Below are positions 52,555 to 64,000 of a stretch of 64,000 bases of DNA, piece after piece. The notes below the pieces were generated by a model, which saw only the letters and a list, made by a program, of their open reading frames with translations, did not search any database and was not told where the DNA came from. The position numbers and the translations under genes are program-made. The DNA lies in assembly GCF_001194135.2 (NCBI RefSeq), contig NC_068983.1, forward strand, positions 161,080,773-161,144,772. Reading direction: 5' to 3'. The DNA comes from Octopus bimaculoides. Lineage: Eukaryota. Position 1 is the stretch's first letter. Every line of letters begins with the position of its first letter.

Positions 52555-52698
52555 GAGCATCGCGCACATCCTACGTAAAGCACTTTGAAAATGAGAGCAC
52601 CACAGCAAATCACAACACATACCCAAGGTACACAGAGCTGCGCTCGGTAGTGCAGGGAAAGCACGTGATAAAAATAAGACTACTAAATAATAGTAATA
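52555..52698 (+). mobile_element. Truncated R4/Dong-like 3' end (AHILRKAL* plus 3' UTR plus (AAT)n)
   Basis: acacatacccaaggtacacagagctgcgctcggtagtg is shared with 50981-51132. Confidence 0.75.
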
Positions 52699-55537
52699 AT
52701 AATAATAATAATAATAAATGCCCGGATGCAGTACCAGGCAGTGGCTCTCATGGCTTTTGGTCTTAACTGATTGGAAGTGTTATCGTGTACATTGTTTTGT
52801 TACAGTAAATATTCTGCTCAGTACCACAGATTTGCTTGTCAGCTGCTTGACCTTTATCAGCTGAGCATGTCTCTTAGTGTTGTAGCAGAAAACGTGGGAA
52901 GAAGTAGTGAGTGAGAAGCAGTCAGATTTAAGACTAACTAGTATTTTAATGAGTAGACTGTTAGGAAAAATGCCGAATTGGAAGGGCCTAGGACTAGATT
53001 TAATACGATGATCAGGCCACGCTCCACGCTGGTACCTTTTTTTGTTCTTTTTTCCCCGTCTATTCACACGGTTCCTTGCACGCACAACACTCGTGCTACA
53101 TGCTTCCATCTCTTTTGGAACGTACACTCCGACAGAATCAAGAATCGTTCAAACATTTTTCTTGCCTGGAACAAATTCTTATGAACATAGTGGTTTTTAG
53201 CATCCTGCAGTTTCATTCTCATAAACAATAACGATTGGTTATGTGATCTAGTTGCAATCTTTTCAAACAAGTAATGCTCTTCAGAATTCCACAAGTTATC
53301 TACTTACATTATACATTATACATTATACTTACATTCCACGTTATATGACAATTTTATATTTGTAGCATGTGGGGAATAGACGAAGAGAATTTATATTGTT
53401 CTAAATGACTTTTGAAGACTCATCCACGACGAAGAGCCAGTCATTGAATTAGCATCTTTACAAAGTACAAATAATATCTTCATGAGAGAAAAAAACTGTC
53501 TTTAAATCCTAAACTATGTCCTTTAGATCTCATTAAGATCTTGAAATAGTAAGAAAACGTTAGACTTATATATCTGTTAATTTGCAATCATCTTTCAATA
53601 TATTTATTTCAATGTAACTCACATCAACAGTACAGATTCGTGGTGTAGAGGTTCGGATGTTGGGATCACAATCATTAGGTTGCACGTTAGATTCTTGGTA
53701 TTTGGAGACGCAATGTGCTCTTGAGCAAAGCAAGTCATTTTACATATAGTCTCTCCAAGCAATATTGTGATTAGGGATTAAGCCTATGATAGGCATTTGT
53801 CTTGTGCAGGGAAGTGTATCATATACTCATTAGTTTAAACGGCTAGGAGGCCCGGATCAAGACAAACTTAACTTTTGGTTAATATCAGCACCTGCTCTGT
53901 ATACGATCTACAGGTATTACGAATAAAATATTCTCCTTTAAATAGTTCTCTTTTCTCACTTTCATTTCCTATTTCTTTTTTTTTGTTGGTGGTAGTGGTG
54001 GGGGTGTAGATATTTTGGTTTCTGTTTTAATCTCTGTTACTCCACCAAAATGAACTGCTTTCTCTCATCCTCTAAAATCTCCCAACAGAAGTCAGTTATT
54101 TGATAAAAATCTCCTGCATTGGAGATTTATAATTTCATCATTCTCAATTCTTGAACCGCATTTACACAATTCCAGCTGATACAAAACTGGAAACTCTTAC
54201 CATCTTAAATAAGTAGTGATATTAAAATAATTAATCACAGTATAATGTTAGCGGTGACAACACTACTGTGATATGACAACACTATGATATTTGTGTTAAT
54301 GATATAACTTAGGAGTATCAACAATGTGTTGCTATAACAACCTTTGTGACGTTAACGTTGTTCACTGAATAGTTACAACCAAACTAATGTATTGTGGTTA
54401 TAAAATCCGTTAGCAGTGTCCACACAAACCATATTGTTAACAATGTCAATTGTGATGCAATATTTATGAAGAGAATATTCAGTTATGTCTAATTGTGTAT
54501 TTGTGTATGTGTGCGTGTAGGTATGCGTGTGACATATCTATGTGTGTGCATCTGTGTGTGAATGCGCGCGCGTTTGTGTGTGCGCGTGCGAGTGAGCGTA
54601 TGTTTGTGTGTATGAGTGTGTGTAGAATTGAAGAGGTGTAACAAACCTTATATAGGCTCATTGCCATAGTACTGACGTAAGCTCGATGCTGTTGAGTAGA
54701 AGCCAGTGAATATCTCTGGCTGCCATTTAGAGCCTCACCCTTCGTTGCTCAGTCCCACTCTCTTGGCGGCTTGTTCACATAGTAAAACGGAGCGCCAGTC
54801 TGTCTCAGCCTTTCTACCACACCCGATTATGCTTACCTTTTCTCTTAACCGTCTAGCTTCCTTATAGCCGACCTGATGGCGACAATACCTCCGCCTTCGT
54901 CCATGATTTTAATCTTACCACTTTTATGGTACGATCGTTATTTTTTAGTTGAAATATCTACGTATTCTTGTTATTCTTTTAATTCTGTATTTCTCAATCT
55001 TCAACTACAAACAGAAGAATCAGGAACTTACCAAAGAAATTCTATGCGTATGATTTGTAATTTCAAACTGTTTGTCGACGGGTAGGTACAGTATTAGTCT
55101 ACCAATTCACAGGTTGTAAGTTCTCGTTTTTTTTTTTGTTTTTTTTTTTTGCATGCATTATACTGTTTCTTGTGAGTGGGCCACTTAGTTCTTCTATACT
55201 GTTATAAATTGAACTAGTTTTAAAGAAAAAAAATTTGCTTTTTCTGTGTATGTGACATCAACTCAAGCGACTGATTATTGCTTGGTCCTTTATCAAAGAA
55301 ACGAGAACTTTGCAGCATCTTTGTGATACAGTGATTAATGGAAGGGTAAAGTTTCAGGGTGTATCAAAAGTTTTTGCTTTTGTTTTTTTACAAAGGGACC
55401 GAAATATAACAATGGAAGATTTGCTTCATTTGTTATAATGGACTTGGCGAAGTAAACGAGAAAGGACGTAGTTTTCTCAATGAAAGAGAAGTAGAAATGG
55501 TTATTACTACTCAAAAGCTATAATATTCTGTTTCTGA

Positions 55538-55735
55538 AGGGCGGCGAGCTGGTAGAATCGTTAGCACGCCGCGTGAAATGCTTAGCGGTATTTCGTTCTC
55601 AGTTCAAATTCCGCCGAGGTCGACTTTGCCTTTCGTCCTTTCGGGGTCGATTAAATAAGTACCAGTTACGCAATTTGTCTATCTTTGTTTGTCCCCTCTA
55701 TGTTTAGTCCCTTGTGGGCAATAAAGAAATAAATA
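55538..55735 (+). mobile_element. SINE family A, young subfamily with small deletions
   Basis: gggcggcgagctggtagaatcgttagcacgcc..gtcccctctatg..aaagaaata. Confidence 0.9.
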
Positions 55736-56192
55736 TTCTGTTCCTGAGTTAGCTATAAATTTTGATACAAGGCTAGCAATTCTAGAGGAGGAGGTTAGTC
55801 AATTACATCGAACCCCAGTATTTGATTGGTACTTATTTTACCAACTCCGAAAACATGAAAAGTATTTTTAAAAAACCCTGAAGAACTGTTGTTAATTATT
55901 TTTCTGATGTACAAACGATTCTACCTGCTCACTGTCTTGATAAACTCCGTTCCACTATAAGCACAGGGCCTGAAATTTGGAGCGAGAAGGCTTGTCGGTT
56001 AAACAGACCCCAGCACTCCGAAAGGATGACCGATAAAGTCGACTTCGGCGGAAGGATCATTTAATAATAGTACCTATTTATGACCAGAAGGCCTCAGTCA
56101 GGAAGCATTGATTGTCATGATATGAAGTGTATTGCTAGTGTGAGAATAGGAATAATAAACAAACAAACAAATACAAACACAGACACACACAC

Positions 56193-56233
<41 letters not shown>

Positions 56234-56612
56234 CTTTTACTTGTTTGAGTGACTAGACTGCGGCTGTGTTGGGGTACAACATTGAAAAATCTTAGTCAAA
56301 CGAAAAGACCCCATTACATTTTTTTATGCCTGCTACTTATTCTATCAGAACCGTTTGCTGAACTGCTAAGTTATAGAGACGTAAACACACTAATACCAGT
56401 TATTAAACAGTGGTGCGGGACAAATTCAGACACAAACACACACACATAGATATATACAGGATGGGCTTCTTTCAGTTTCCGTCAACTAAATCTACTCACA
56501 AGGCTTTGGAATGCCTAGGGCTATAGTAGAAGACGTGCTCACTCAGTTGCCACCCAACCGAGAACCATTTGTTTGGAAGCAAACTTCTTACCACACAGCC
56601 ACACCTGCGCCT
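56234..56612 (-). mobile_element. SINE family B, full length, old
   Basis: Ends ttcttaccacacagccacacctgcgcc (head, reverse complement); tail ttttacttgttt. Confidence 0.85.
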
Positions 56613-56855
56613 ATAAAAACAATTCTTTATTTTAATAGAATGATAATCGTTGGTGACTAAAAAAATTTAAAATTTGGTTTAAGTGTTGATGGTATTAGGC
56701 ATTTAATCTAGTTTTTAAAGTTCTTATCTAAAGAAGTAACTAAAAAGCAATATATCTTATTGGAATTTATACACTGACTAGGTCACACGCAGGATATTCT
56801 AGAACTCTCATATGGTATTATGGTTCCTCTTATGCCTAGAACTACATACGCATGC

Positions 56856-56910
<55 letters not shown>

Positions 56911-57353
56911 NNNNNNNNNNNNNNNNNNNNNNNNNNNNNNNNNNNNNNNNNNNNNNNNNNNNNNNNNNNNNNNNNNNNNNNNNNNNNNNNNNNNNNNNNN
57001 NNNNNNNNNNNNNNNNNNNNNNNNNNNNNNNNNNNNNNNNNNNNNNNNNNNNNNNNNNNNNNNNNNNNNNNNNNNNNNNNNNNNNNNNNNNNNNNNNNNN
57101 NNNNNNNNNNNNNNNNNNNNNNNNNNNNNNNNNNNNNNNNNNNNNNNNNNNNNNNNNNNNNNNNNNNNNNNNNNNNNNNNNNNNNNNNNNNNNNNNNNNN
57201 NNNNNNNNNNNNNNNNNNNNNNNNNNNNNNNNNNNNNNNNNNNNNNNNNNNNNNNNNNNNNNNNNNNNNNNNNNNNNNNNNNNNNNNNNNNNNNNNNNNN
57301 NNNNNNNNNNNNNNNNNNNNNNNNNNNNNNNNNNNNNNNNNNNNNNNNNNNNN

Positions 57354-57705
57354 CCAACGAGTGACCGTCAATGGATTGGCATGTTCTCTGGAAAAAGTGA
57401 TGATTCTGCACACGAAATCATTCACGACAAGCTTCGCTTCCGTAAAGTTTGTGCGAAATGGGTGTAAGGAGAGCTTACCGAAGTGCATAAGCGCAGTTGT
57501 GTGAAGATCTGTCTTTTGTCATGCCGAGGTCTTTAGTCAAAGCAAGTGTTGCACGAAAATGCACGCCAACACACGGCCGCTCTCGCTGTTGAAACCATCG
57601 AAAAACAATGAGACTATGTCGGCAAATAACGTAATTGTTCACCCCTTGCTTTTATTTTAATAAACTACAGAAACAAGGGTATACTTTTTGACTTATCCTC
57701 GTGTA
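57354..57705 (+). mobile_element. Mariner transposase remnant, internally deleted, with 3' TIR
   Basis: HEIIHDKLRFRKVCAKWV*GEL (WVPxEL motif); LHENARQHTAA (HDNARPH motif); end tactttttgacttatcctcgtgta. Confidence 0.85.
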
Positions 57706-57913
57706 CACACACATACATCACACACGCACAACCTCCTAATTGCATTGAAGGCCCCACCCGCCAGAGATACAAATTTATCATTTTTGTCTACATCCCGTTC
57801 TGCCGTGGAAACAACATTCTATACTCAAACGTCACTCTGAACAGTACTACTTGTACACATGTAGATTCCACTATTCCCTCCATTCACTTCTCTCACCTTG
57901 ATATCAGTAACAC

Positions 57914-58086
57914 GGATTTGCAGTAACTCTGGTTCAAGGATTTGCAATAACTCTGGTTCAAGGATTTGCAGTAACTCTGGTTCAAGGATTTGCAATAACT
58001 CTAGTTCAAGGATTTGCAGTAACTCTGGTTCAAGGATTTGCAGTAACTCTGATATTAGTTACAAAGATTTGCAGCAACTCTGGTTC
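57914..58086. repeat. 24-bp minisatellite, about 7 units
   Basis: ggatttgca(g/a)taactctggttcaa tandem array. Confidence 0.95.
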
Positions 58087-58370
58087 TACTTCTTCCATTC
58101 CTCTAAATGCATGTTATTTCTTCCAATGTGCAACAACTATATTGGACTATATTTTTTCGTGCCTCGATGACATCAGTCTCATTTCACTCATTACTGAAAT
58201 CTTTGTCCTCAGTGACTTTAATATCCCTTTTGGATCTCGCACTCATCTGACGTTAGTCCGGAAACCGAATCAGTCTCGAGCCTTGACTCTTTACGTCAAT
58301 AAATTTATTCTTAGCTGACACACAGACATTCGAAGTACCTCTTATTTCTTCTTCATTTCTTAACACAACG

Positions 58371-58606
58371 CCACTTATTTCTTTACTACCCACAAGGGGC
58401 TACACACAGAGGGGACAAACAAGGACAGACAAACGGATTAAGTCGATTATATCGACCCCAGTGCGTAACTGGTACTTATTTAATCGACCCCGAAAGGATG
58501 AAAGGCAAAGTCGACCTCGGCGGAATTTGAACTCAGAACGTAGCGGCAGACGAAATACCGCTAAGCATTTCGCCCGGCGTGCTAACGTTTCTGCCAGCTC
58601 GCCGCC
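58371..58606 (-). mobile_element. SINE family A, young, full length
   Basis: Best-preserved copy; near-identical to 17392-17624. Confidence 0.93.
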
Positions 58607-59680
58607 ACCTAGTTAGATCGAACCCTTCGCTATAGTTATCAATTGAACTTCTTAAGGACGCGGCTGTCATGAATTTTAGAAAACGTTTTACATATTTCCA
58701 ATTTAAATGTATGCATTATCAGTGTGTGTGCANNNNNNNNNNNNNNNNNNNNNNNNNNNNNNNNNNNNNNNNNNNNNNNNNNNNNNNNNNNNNNNNNNNN
58801 NNNNNNNNNNNNNNNNNNNNNNNNNNNNNNNNNNNNNNNNNNNNNNNNNNNNNNNNNNNNNNNNNNNNNNNNNNNNNNNNNNNNNNNNNNNNNNNNNNNN
58901 NNNNNNNNNNNNNNNNNNNNNNNNNNNNNNNNNNNNNNNNNNNNNNNNNNNNNNNNNNNNNNNNNNNNNNNNNNNNNNNNNNNNNNNNNNNNNNNNNNNN
59001 NNNNNNNNNNNNNNNNNNNNNNNNNNNNNNNNNNNNNNNNNNNNNNNNNNNNNNNNNNNNNNNNNNNNNNNNNNNNNNNNNNNNNNNNNNNNNNNNNNNN
59101 NNNNNNNNNNNNNNNNNNNNNNNNNNNNNNNNNNNNNNNNNNNNNNNNNNNNNNNNNNNNNNNNNNNNNNNNNNNNNNNNNNNNNNNNNNNNNNNNNNNN
59201 NNNNNNNNNNNNNNNNNNNNNNNNNNNNNNNNNNNNNNNNNNNNNNNNNNNNNNNNNNNNNNNNNNNNNNNNNNNNNNNNNNNNNNNNNNNNNNNNNNNN
59301 NNNNNNNNNNNNNNNNNNNNNNNNNNNNNNNNNNNNNNNNNNNNNNNNNNNNNNNNNNNNNNNNNNNNNNNNNNNNNNNNNNNNNNNNNNNNNNNNNNNN
59401 NNNNNNNNNNNNNNNNNNNNNNNNNNNNNNNNNNNNNNNNNNNNNNNNNNNNNNNNNNNNNNNNNNNNNNNNNNNNNNNNNNNNNNNNNNNNNNNNNNNN
59501 NNNNNNNNNNNNNNNNNNNNNNNNNNNNNNNNNNNNNNNNNNNNNNNNNNNNNNNNNNNNNNNNNNNNNNNNNNNNNNNNNNNNNNNNNNNNNNNNNNNN
59601 NNNNNNNNNNNNNNNNNNNNNNNNNNNNNNNNNNNNNNNNNNNNNNNNNNNNNNNNNNNNNNNNNNNNNNNNNNNNNNNN

Positions 59681-59958
59681 TAGGGTTAGGGTTAACAGTC
59701 TAGTTAGGGTTAGGGTTAGGGGATTAATACGATATACACCGTTACAGCGCTAACTGTTTTCAACTGAATAGACGTCAGTGATTAGTAGAAATTATCGAAA
59801 TAAGACAATTTTTTACATGAAATAAATTCGAATACAAAAATATTTTTCTGTTCTATAACACAAAATAGATAAGTATACGAAGTTTGAAAGTCTTTCCGTA
59901 CCAAAAACACTACATAAAACATAAATGAAAACTGGTGCCCCCGTTTTGAAATAGATCC
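59681..59958 (-). mobile_element. GG..CC MITE, subfamily 1, with (TTAGGG)n (rest in gap)
   Basis: Essentially identical to 45060-45340; ends ccccgttttgaaatagatcc. Confidence 0.92.
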
Positions 59959-60819
59959 CAATTTCTGCCGATTAAAAAGGGTGGTATGTACCGGTGGGGC
60001 TGGGAGTGTCAATATTAAAAAAAAAAATAGCATATTACTGAAAATATAACTCTGTATTGTAAGTGGTAGGTATGCATGTGTGCAACAGTCTGTTACCTAA
60101 TACACATATCAATAAAAACAGCTTTCCGCATTCAGTGAATTTTGCGATACATTTTTGCGTATACATCATCAGGGGGTTGACTTGGCTATCCGAGGCAGTG
60201 AGAAGAGCTAAAGTTAAAGTACACACAATATTTGCAGTTTTCGTAACAATTGGCCACATATGTAGATAATTTATGAGTGTATGTTACGTGTCTATGCAAT
60301 TTTTCTGTAGTTGCGTGAAAGTGCCTTGTAATAAACGTACATAAGTATGTAGTAGTAACAATAAAGATCATAGTATAAGAGACAGTCAAAATAAATAAAT
60401 TTAGTTGATGACGCGGTGTTGCCGATGCTACTGATGATAGTACTGATGTTGCTGAGGACAACGATGACAGTGGTGACGGCAAACAATTGGGAGTAGCGCT
60501 GGAATATAAAACAAGCCGGCGTGACAGCATAAGTGAGCTAATGAAAAGCTAATTCGCATTTGTTATACTAACATGTGTACAGACATATCGGCAGACGGTC
60601 TATTAACAATTTCACTTTGTCTGCTGCTTCGTTCGTTCTTTTCTCTTTATCCTCTTCTCTTTTTTTGTTTTTGTTTTTTATTTTTTTCGTTCTTCGTTTT
60701 TCTTTGTTACGTCTATCTTTATATATTTAGACATAAAAATAAAGCATTCATTCAAAATACTTCACATAACTACAGTTTCACCTCCTTCTCCTTCGGACTA
60801 CATTTTTTCATACCGACAG

Positions 60820-60901
60820 ATGTTAACTGCAATCGAACTAATAACGATTATGTTTTCTCGAAAGGAACGCTGTACTCTAGCCTCTGTCCAGTCCGATTCA
60901 G
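60820..60901 (+). other. Candidate 82-nt internal exon (unverified)
   Basis: ttttttcataccgacag| acceptor, cag|gtaaac donor, two open frames; no recognisable protein. Confidence 0.2.
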
Positions 60902-61647
60902 GTAAACACAAGTTTACTGAGGCTGGCTGGTATTTCACAAACGACCAACAGAATAAAGACTAGCTACGAAACCTACAGCACATGACGCTCAAGATTTTCC
61001 CAAAACCCATATTCAGCGGAATGAGATGAGTGCAAAGAATGAAAGCTGAGTAGCTTATTCCACTTGCAGATGGAGTACTACTACTCCACTCTGTTCGGTA
61101 CTCGTTATAAATATTCGTTCGATAAATTTAACAATTTCTTTTTTTTTTTCTTTATTTTTTTTTTTTTGTAGACTTTAACTAAATATCCGTATTTGTGCAT
61201 AAAGTATGCAACAAGTATGCACGTGTAGGTGTGTGTGAGTGTGTTTACACGCGCGCATGCGTGTAAGTGTAAATGTGTGTGTCTGTGTGACATATATGTA
61301 CATCTCTATTATTTTGCGATTGATTTGCGTATTTCTTCATCTGTATACTGGCTACCCACAAATTTCCTCACAAGTAGGTTGGTATATTTCTCTAAAGAGA
61401 AATAATACTTTATGTGAAACATCTAAAACAATATTAATATGGTTTCTATAATCTTTAAACGGCGATATATTTTGTACTGTTTTATTTTTAATATAATTCG
61501 GTTATGTACACACACTCAAAAACATGCATACAAACGTATGAACTCAGTAATTCAGTTTCAGCTGACAAGTAATCAGTCTTGGCAGAATATTGTCCGCAAA
61601 CATCTTCAAAATAAACTTTCTGAAGTAATTTAACTGGCACTCCGCCT

Positions 61648-61900
61648 GTTGCGATGACAAGGGTTCCAGTTGATCCGATCAACGGAACATCCAGCTTGTG
61701 GAATTAACGTGCAAATGGCTAAGCAGTTCACAGTCACACGTACCCTTAACGCAGTTCTCAAGGTGATCCAGAATGTGACAAAGCTGACCCTTTTGAAATA
61801 CTGGTACATCTCATTTTTACCAGCTGAGCGGAGTGGAACAACAAAGAAACAGAGTGACTTGCTCACAGATACAGCATACTGCCAAGAATCGAACGATCAA
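61648..61900 (-). mobile_element. tRNA-derived SINE with family C tail, old
   Basis: gggttccagttgatccgatcaacggaaca..gtacccttaacg..ttttgaaatac. Confidence 0.8.
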
Positions 61901-62115
61901 GGGGATCGTTGCTTATCGGTTTCAATGGTTGATGCTTTGCTGCATTTCTGTTGCTGGGGTTTGAAAAGACCGAATCAATTTCACAAAGTATTTTTTGCTC
62001 GGCACACAAATTTATGGACAGTTTTAAGTCGATGCAAGTATGCGTGTAATGCATGTAGTGTATGTATATTTGCACATGCACTCACGCACATGGAAACACA
62101 CACGCGTGCACGTAA

Positions 62116-62154
<39 letters not shown>

Positions 62155-62155
<1 letters not shown>

Positions 62156-62355
62156 GACTGTGTCGTAAGCAGCTTGCTTACCAGCTACATGCTTCTGGGT
62201 TCAGTCCCACCGCGTGGCATCTTGAGCAAGTGTCATTTTTACTATAACCTCGGGCCGACCAAAGCTTTGTGAGTGAATTTGGTAGACAGAAACNNNNNNN
62301 NNNNNNNNNNNNNNNNNNNNNNNNNNNNNNNNNNNNNNNNNNNNNNNNNNNNNNN

Positions 62356-62402
<47 letters not shown>

Positions 62403-62720
62403 CGAGTTAAAAAACAGATAGCTCGAACGGATACAAATTCATTTATTAATTACTTAACATATTCACTTTCAATTGTTTCATTTCATATATATTTATATGT
62501 TTTGTGATTTTAATTAGTATATGCTTCTGTGTCTGTGTTTGTCCCCCCCCCCAATATTGTTTGACAACCGATGCTGGTGTGTTTACATCCTCATAACTTA
62601 CCAGTTCGGCAAAAGTGGCCGATAGAATAAGTACTAGGCTTACAAAGAATGAGTCCTGCGGTGCTCCAGCATGGCCGCAGTCAAATGACCGAAACAAGTA
62701 AAAGAATAAAGAAAAGAATA
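62155..62720 (+). mobile_element. SINE family B with a foldback-element fragment (62399-62490) in its internal microsatellite
   Basis: Head/core, gap, (TA)n, ttatcgagttaaaaaacag..tttcaattgtttcatttca insert, then family B tail. Confidence 0.85.
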
Positions 62721-63647
62721 TATATATGCTCACCCCCCCTCCAACATATACAAACACCCCTCCATACAGTTCAGCACAGTACACACACCACACCCCTTTA
62801 TGCACACTCCCACTCCTACACACATTCATGTGCATATGCATCCGCACACACTAGCACCCAATATCTGCCAACTCCCCTGACCCCTATCCCACCCCTCACC
62901 GATATCCTACCTCCCAACCCCTATCTCTCGCAACCCCTTTTCCCACCTCACACTTCTATGCATTCTCCCACAGCACACAGTATTCACTCCAAATGCACGC
63001 ACAATGCACAGCATGCCTGAACACAGACAATATAGACACAACACGTATAAACATATAGAATTTTTGCACAGAAACATAGACAATACACATGCACACTATA
63101 GGGTTACACGTACACATTTACACACGTGTACACACAAGCCGAACAAGCACACACCAACTACTATACACAAGCGTTTGCACATGCGCACACACACGCGCAC
63201 ACACATATACACACGTCTATATGCACATACACACGCGCACACACGATAGCCGCACACATATACATACGTCCATATGCACACACACAAATACACGAAACGC
63301 ACATCACTCCACACAACGCACACACTAGGTTAGCTGTACGCATACACACGCTCCCATAGATAGACACACAGGCCCATGCATTTGTACACACACATGATAG
63401 GCCTATAACCCGAAGAACTTTCTGATGGCTCATGAGTGAACTGAAACATTTTAAGTCAAGACGATCAGTGCAGTACTCGCGCAAGGTGCTATTAAGACTA
63501 GTTCCATACTACCATGAGAGTCTTGTAGAGCTATATTGTCTCCTCTCATTCATTTCGATGTCTTCTTGGTGAGAACCATGATCAATGTCCTCGAAGATGG
63601 CGTGGTCAAAATTAGCATCTGAGTGGAAACATTGCAGGCATCAGTTT

Positions 63648-63872
63648 TACTCTTTTACTCTTTTACTCTTTTACTTGTTTCAGTCTTTTGACTGTGGCCA
63701 TGCTGGAGCACCTCCTTTTAGTCGAGCAAATCGACCCCAGGACTTATTCTTTAGAAGCCTAGTACTTATTCTATCGATCTCTTTTGCCGAACCGCTAAGT
63801 TACGGGGACATAAACACACCACCATCGGTTGTCAAGCGATGTTGGGGGACAAACACAGATACACAAACATAT

Positions 63873-63959
<87 letters not shown>

Positions 63960-64000
63960 TACTACGGGCTTATTTCAGTTTCCGTCTACCAAATCCACTC
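63648..64000 (-). mobile_element. SINE family B, young, cut by the window edge
   Basis: (TTTTACTC)n tail, gaccccaggacttattc, internal (TA)n, tttcagtttccgtctaccaaatccactc. Confidence 0.92.

Noticed and set aside
52274-52588. Poly-Arg ORF
   Set aside because: It is the (GAA)n tail of a retrotransposon followed by a SINE fragment.
57914-58086. CRISPR-like array
   Set aside because: Contiguous tandem units with no unique spacers, in a eukaryotic context with no cas genes.
1-64000. Numerous ORFs rich in [16 protein letters not shown] or X
   Set aside because: They are translations of dinucleotide microsatellites or read through N-gaps; not genes.

Overview
AT-rich, microsatellite-saturated eukaryotic DNA with about 21 N-gaps (roughly 7.5 kb). 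The repeat families and (TA)n/(CA)n/(ATAC)n density point to an octopus draft assembly (inference). I recognise no host protein-coding gene, so this is probably a large intron or intergenic tract; there are only weak isolated candidate exons. Nearly all listed ORFs are microsatellite or gap artefacts. Real content: many tRNA-derived SINEs of at least three modular families; decayed CR1/Jockey-type LINE RT fragments (34.5-35.7, 39.6-41.3, 47.3-47.8 kb); R4/Dong-like RLE retrotransposon 3' ends (5.8, 13.6-14.8 kb and a stack at 51-52.7 kb); a mariner remnant; and a probable Penelope relic. Best-resolved structure: an internally deleted Helitron with both termini (20155-22034), whose PIF1 helicase remnant is split by a 654-bp GG...CC MITE. 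That MITE has an exact 8-bp TSD, long imperfect TIRs and internal telomere-type (CCCTAA)n repeats, and the family has five copies in two subfamilies here. Also present: a ~500-bp foldback palindrome, a 63-bp hairpin and a 24-bp minisatellite.
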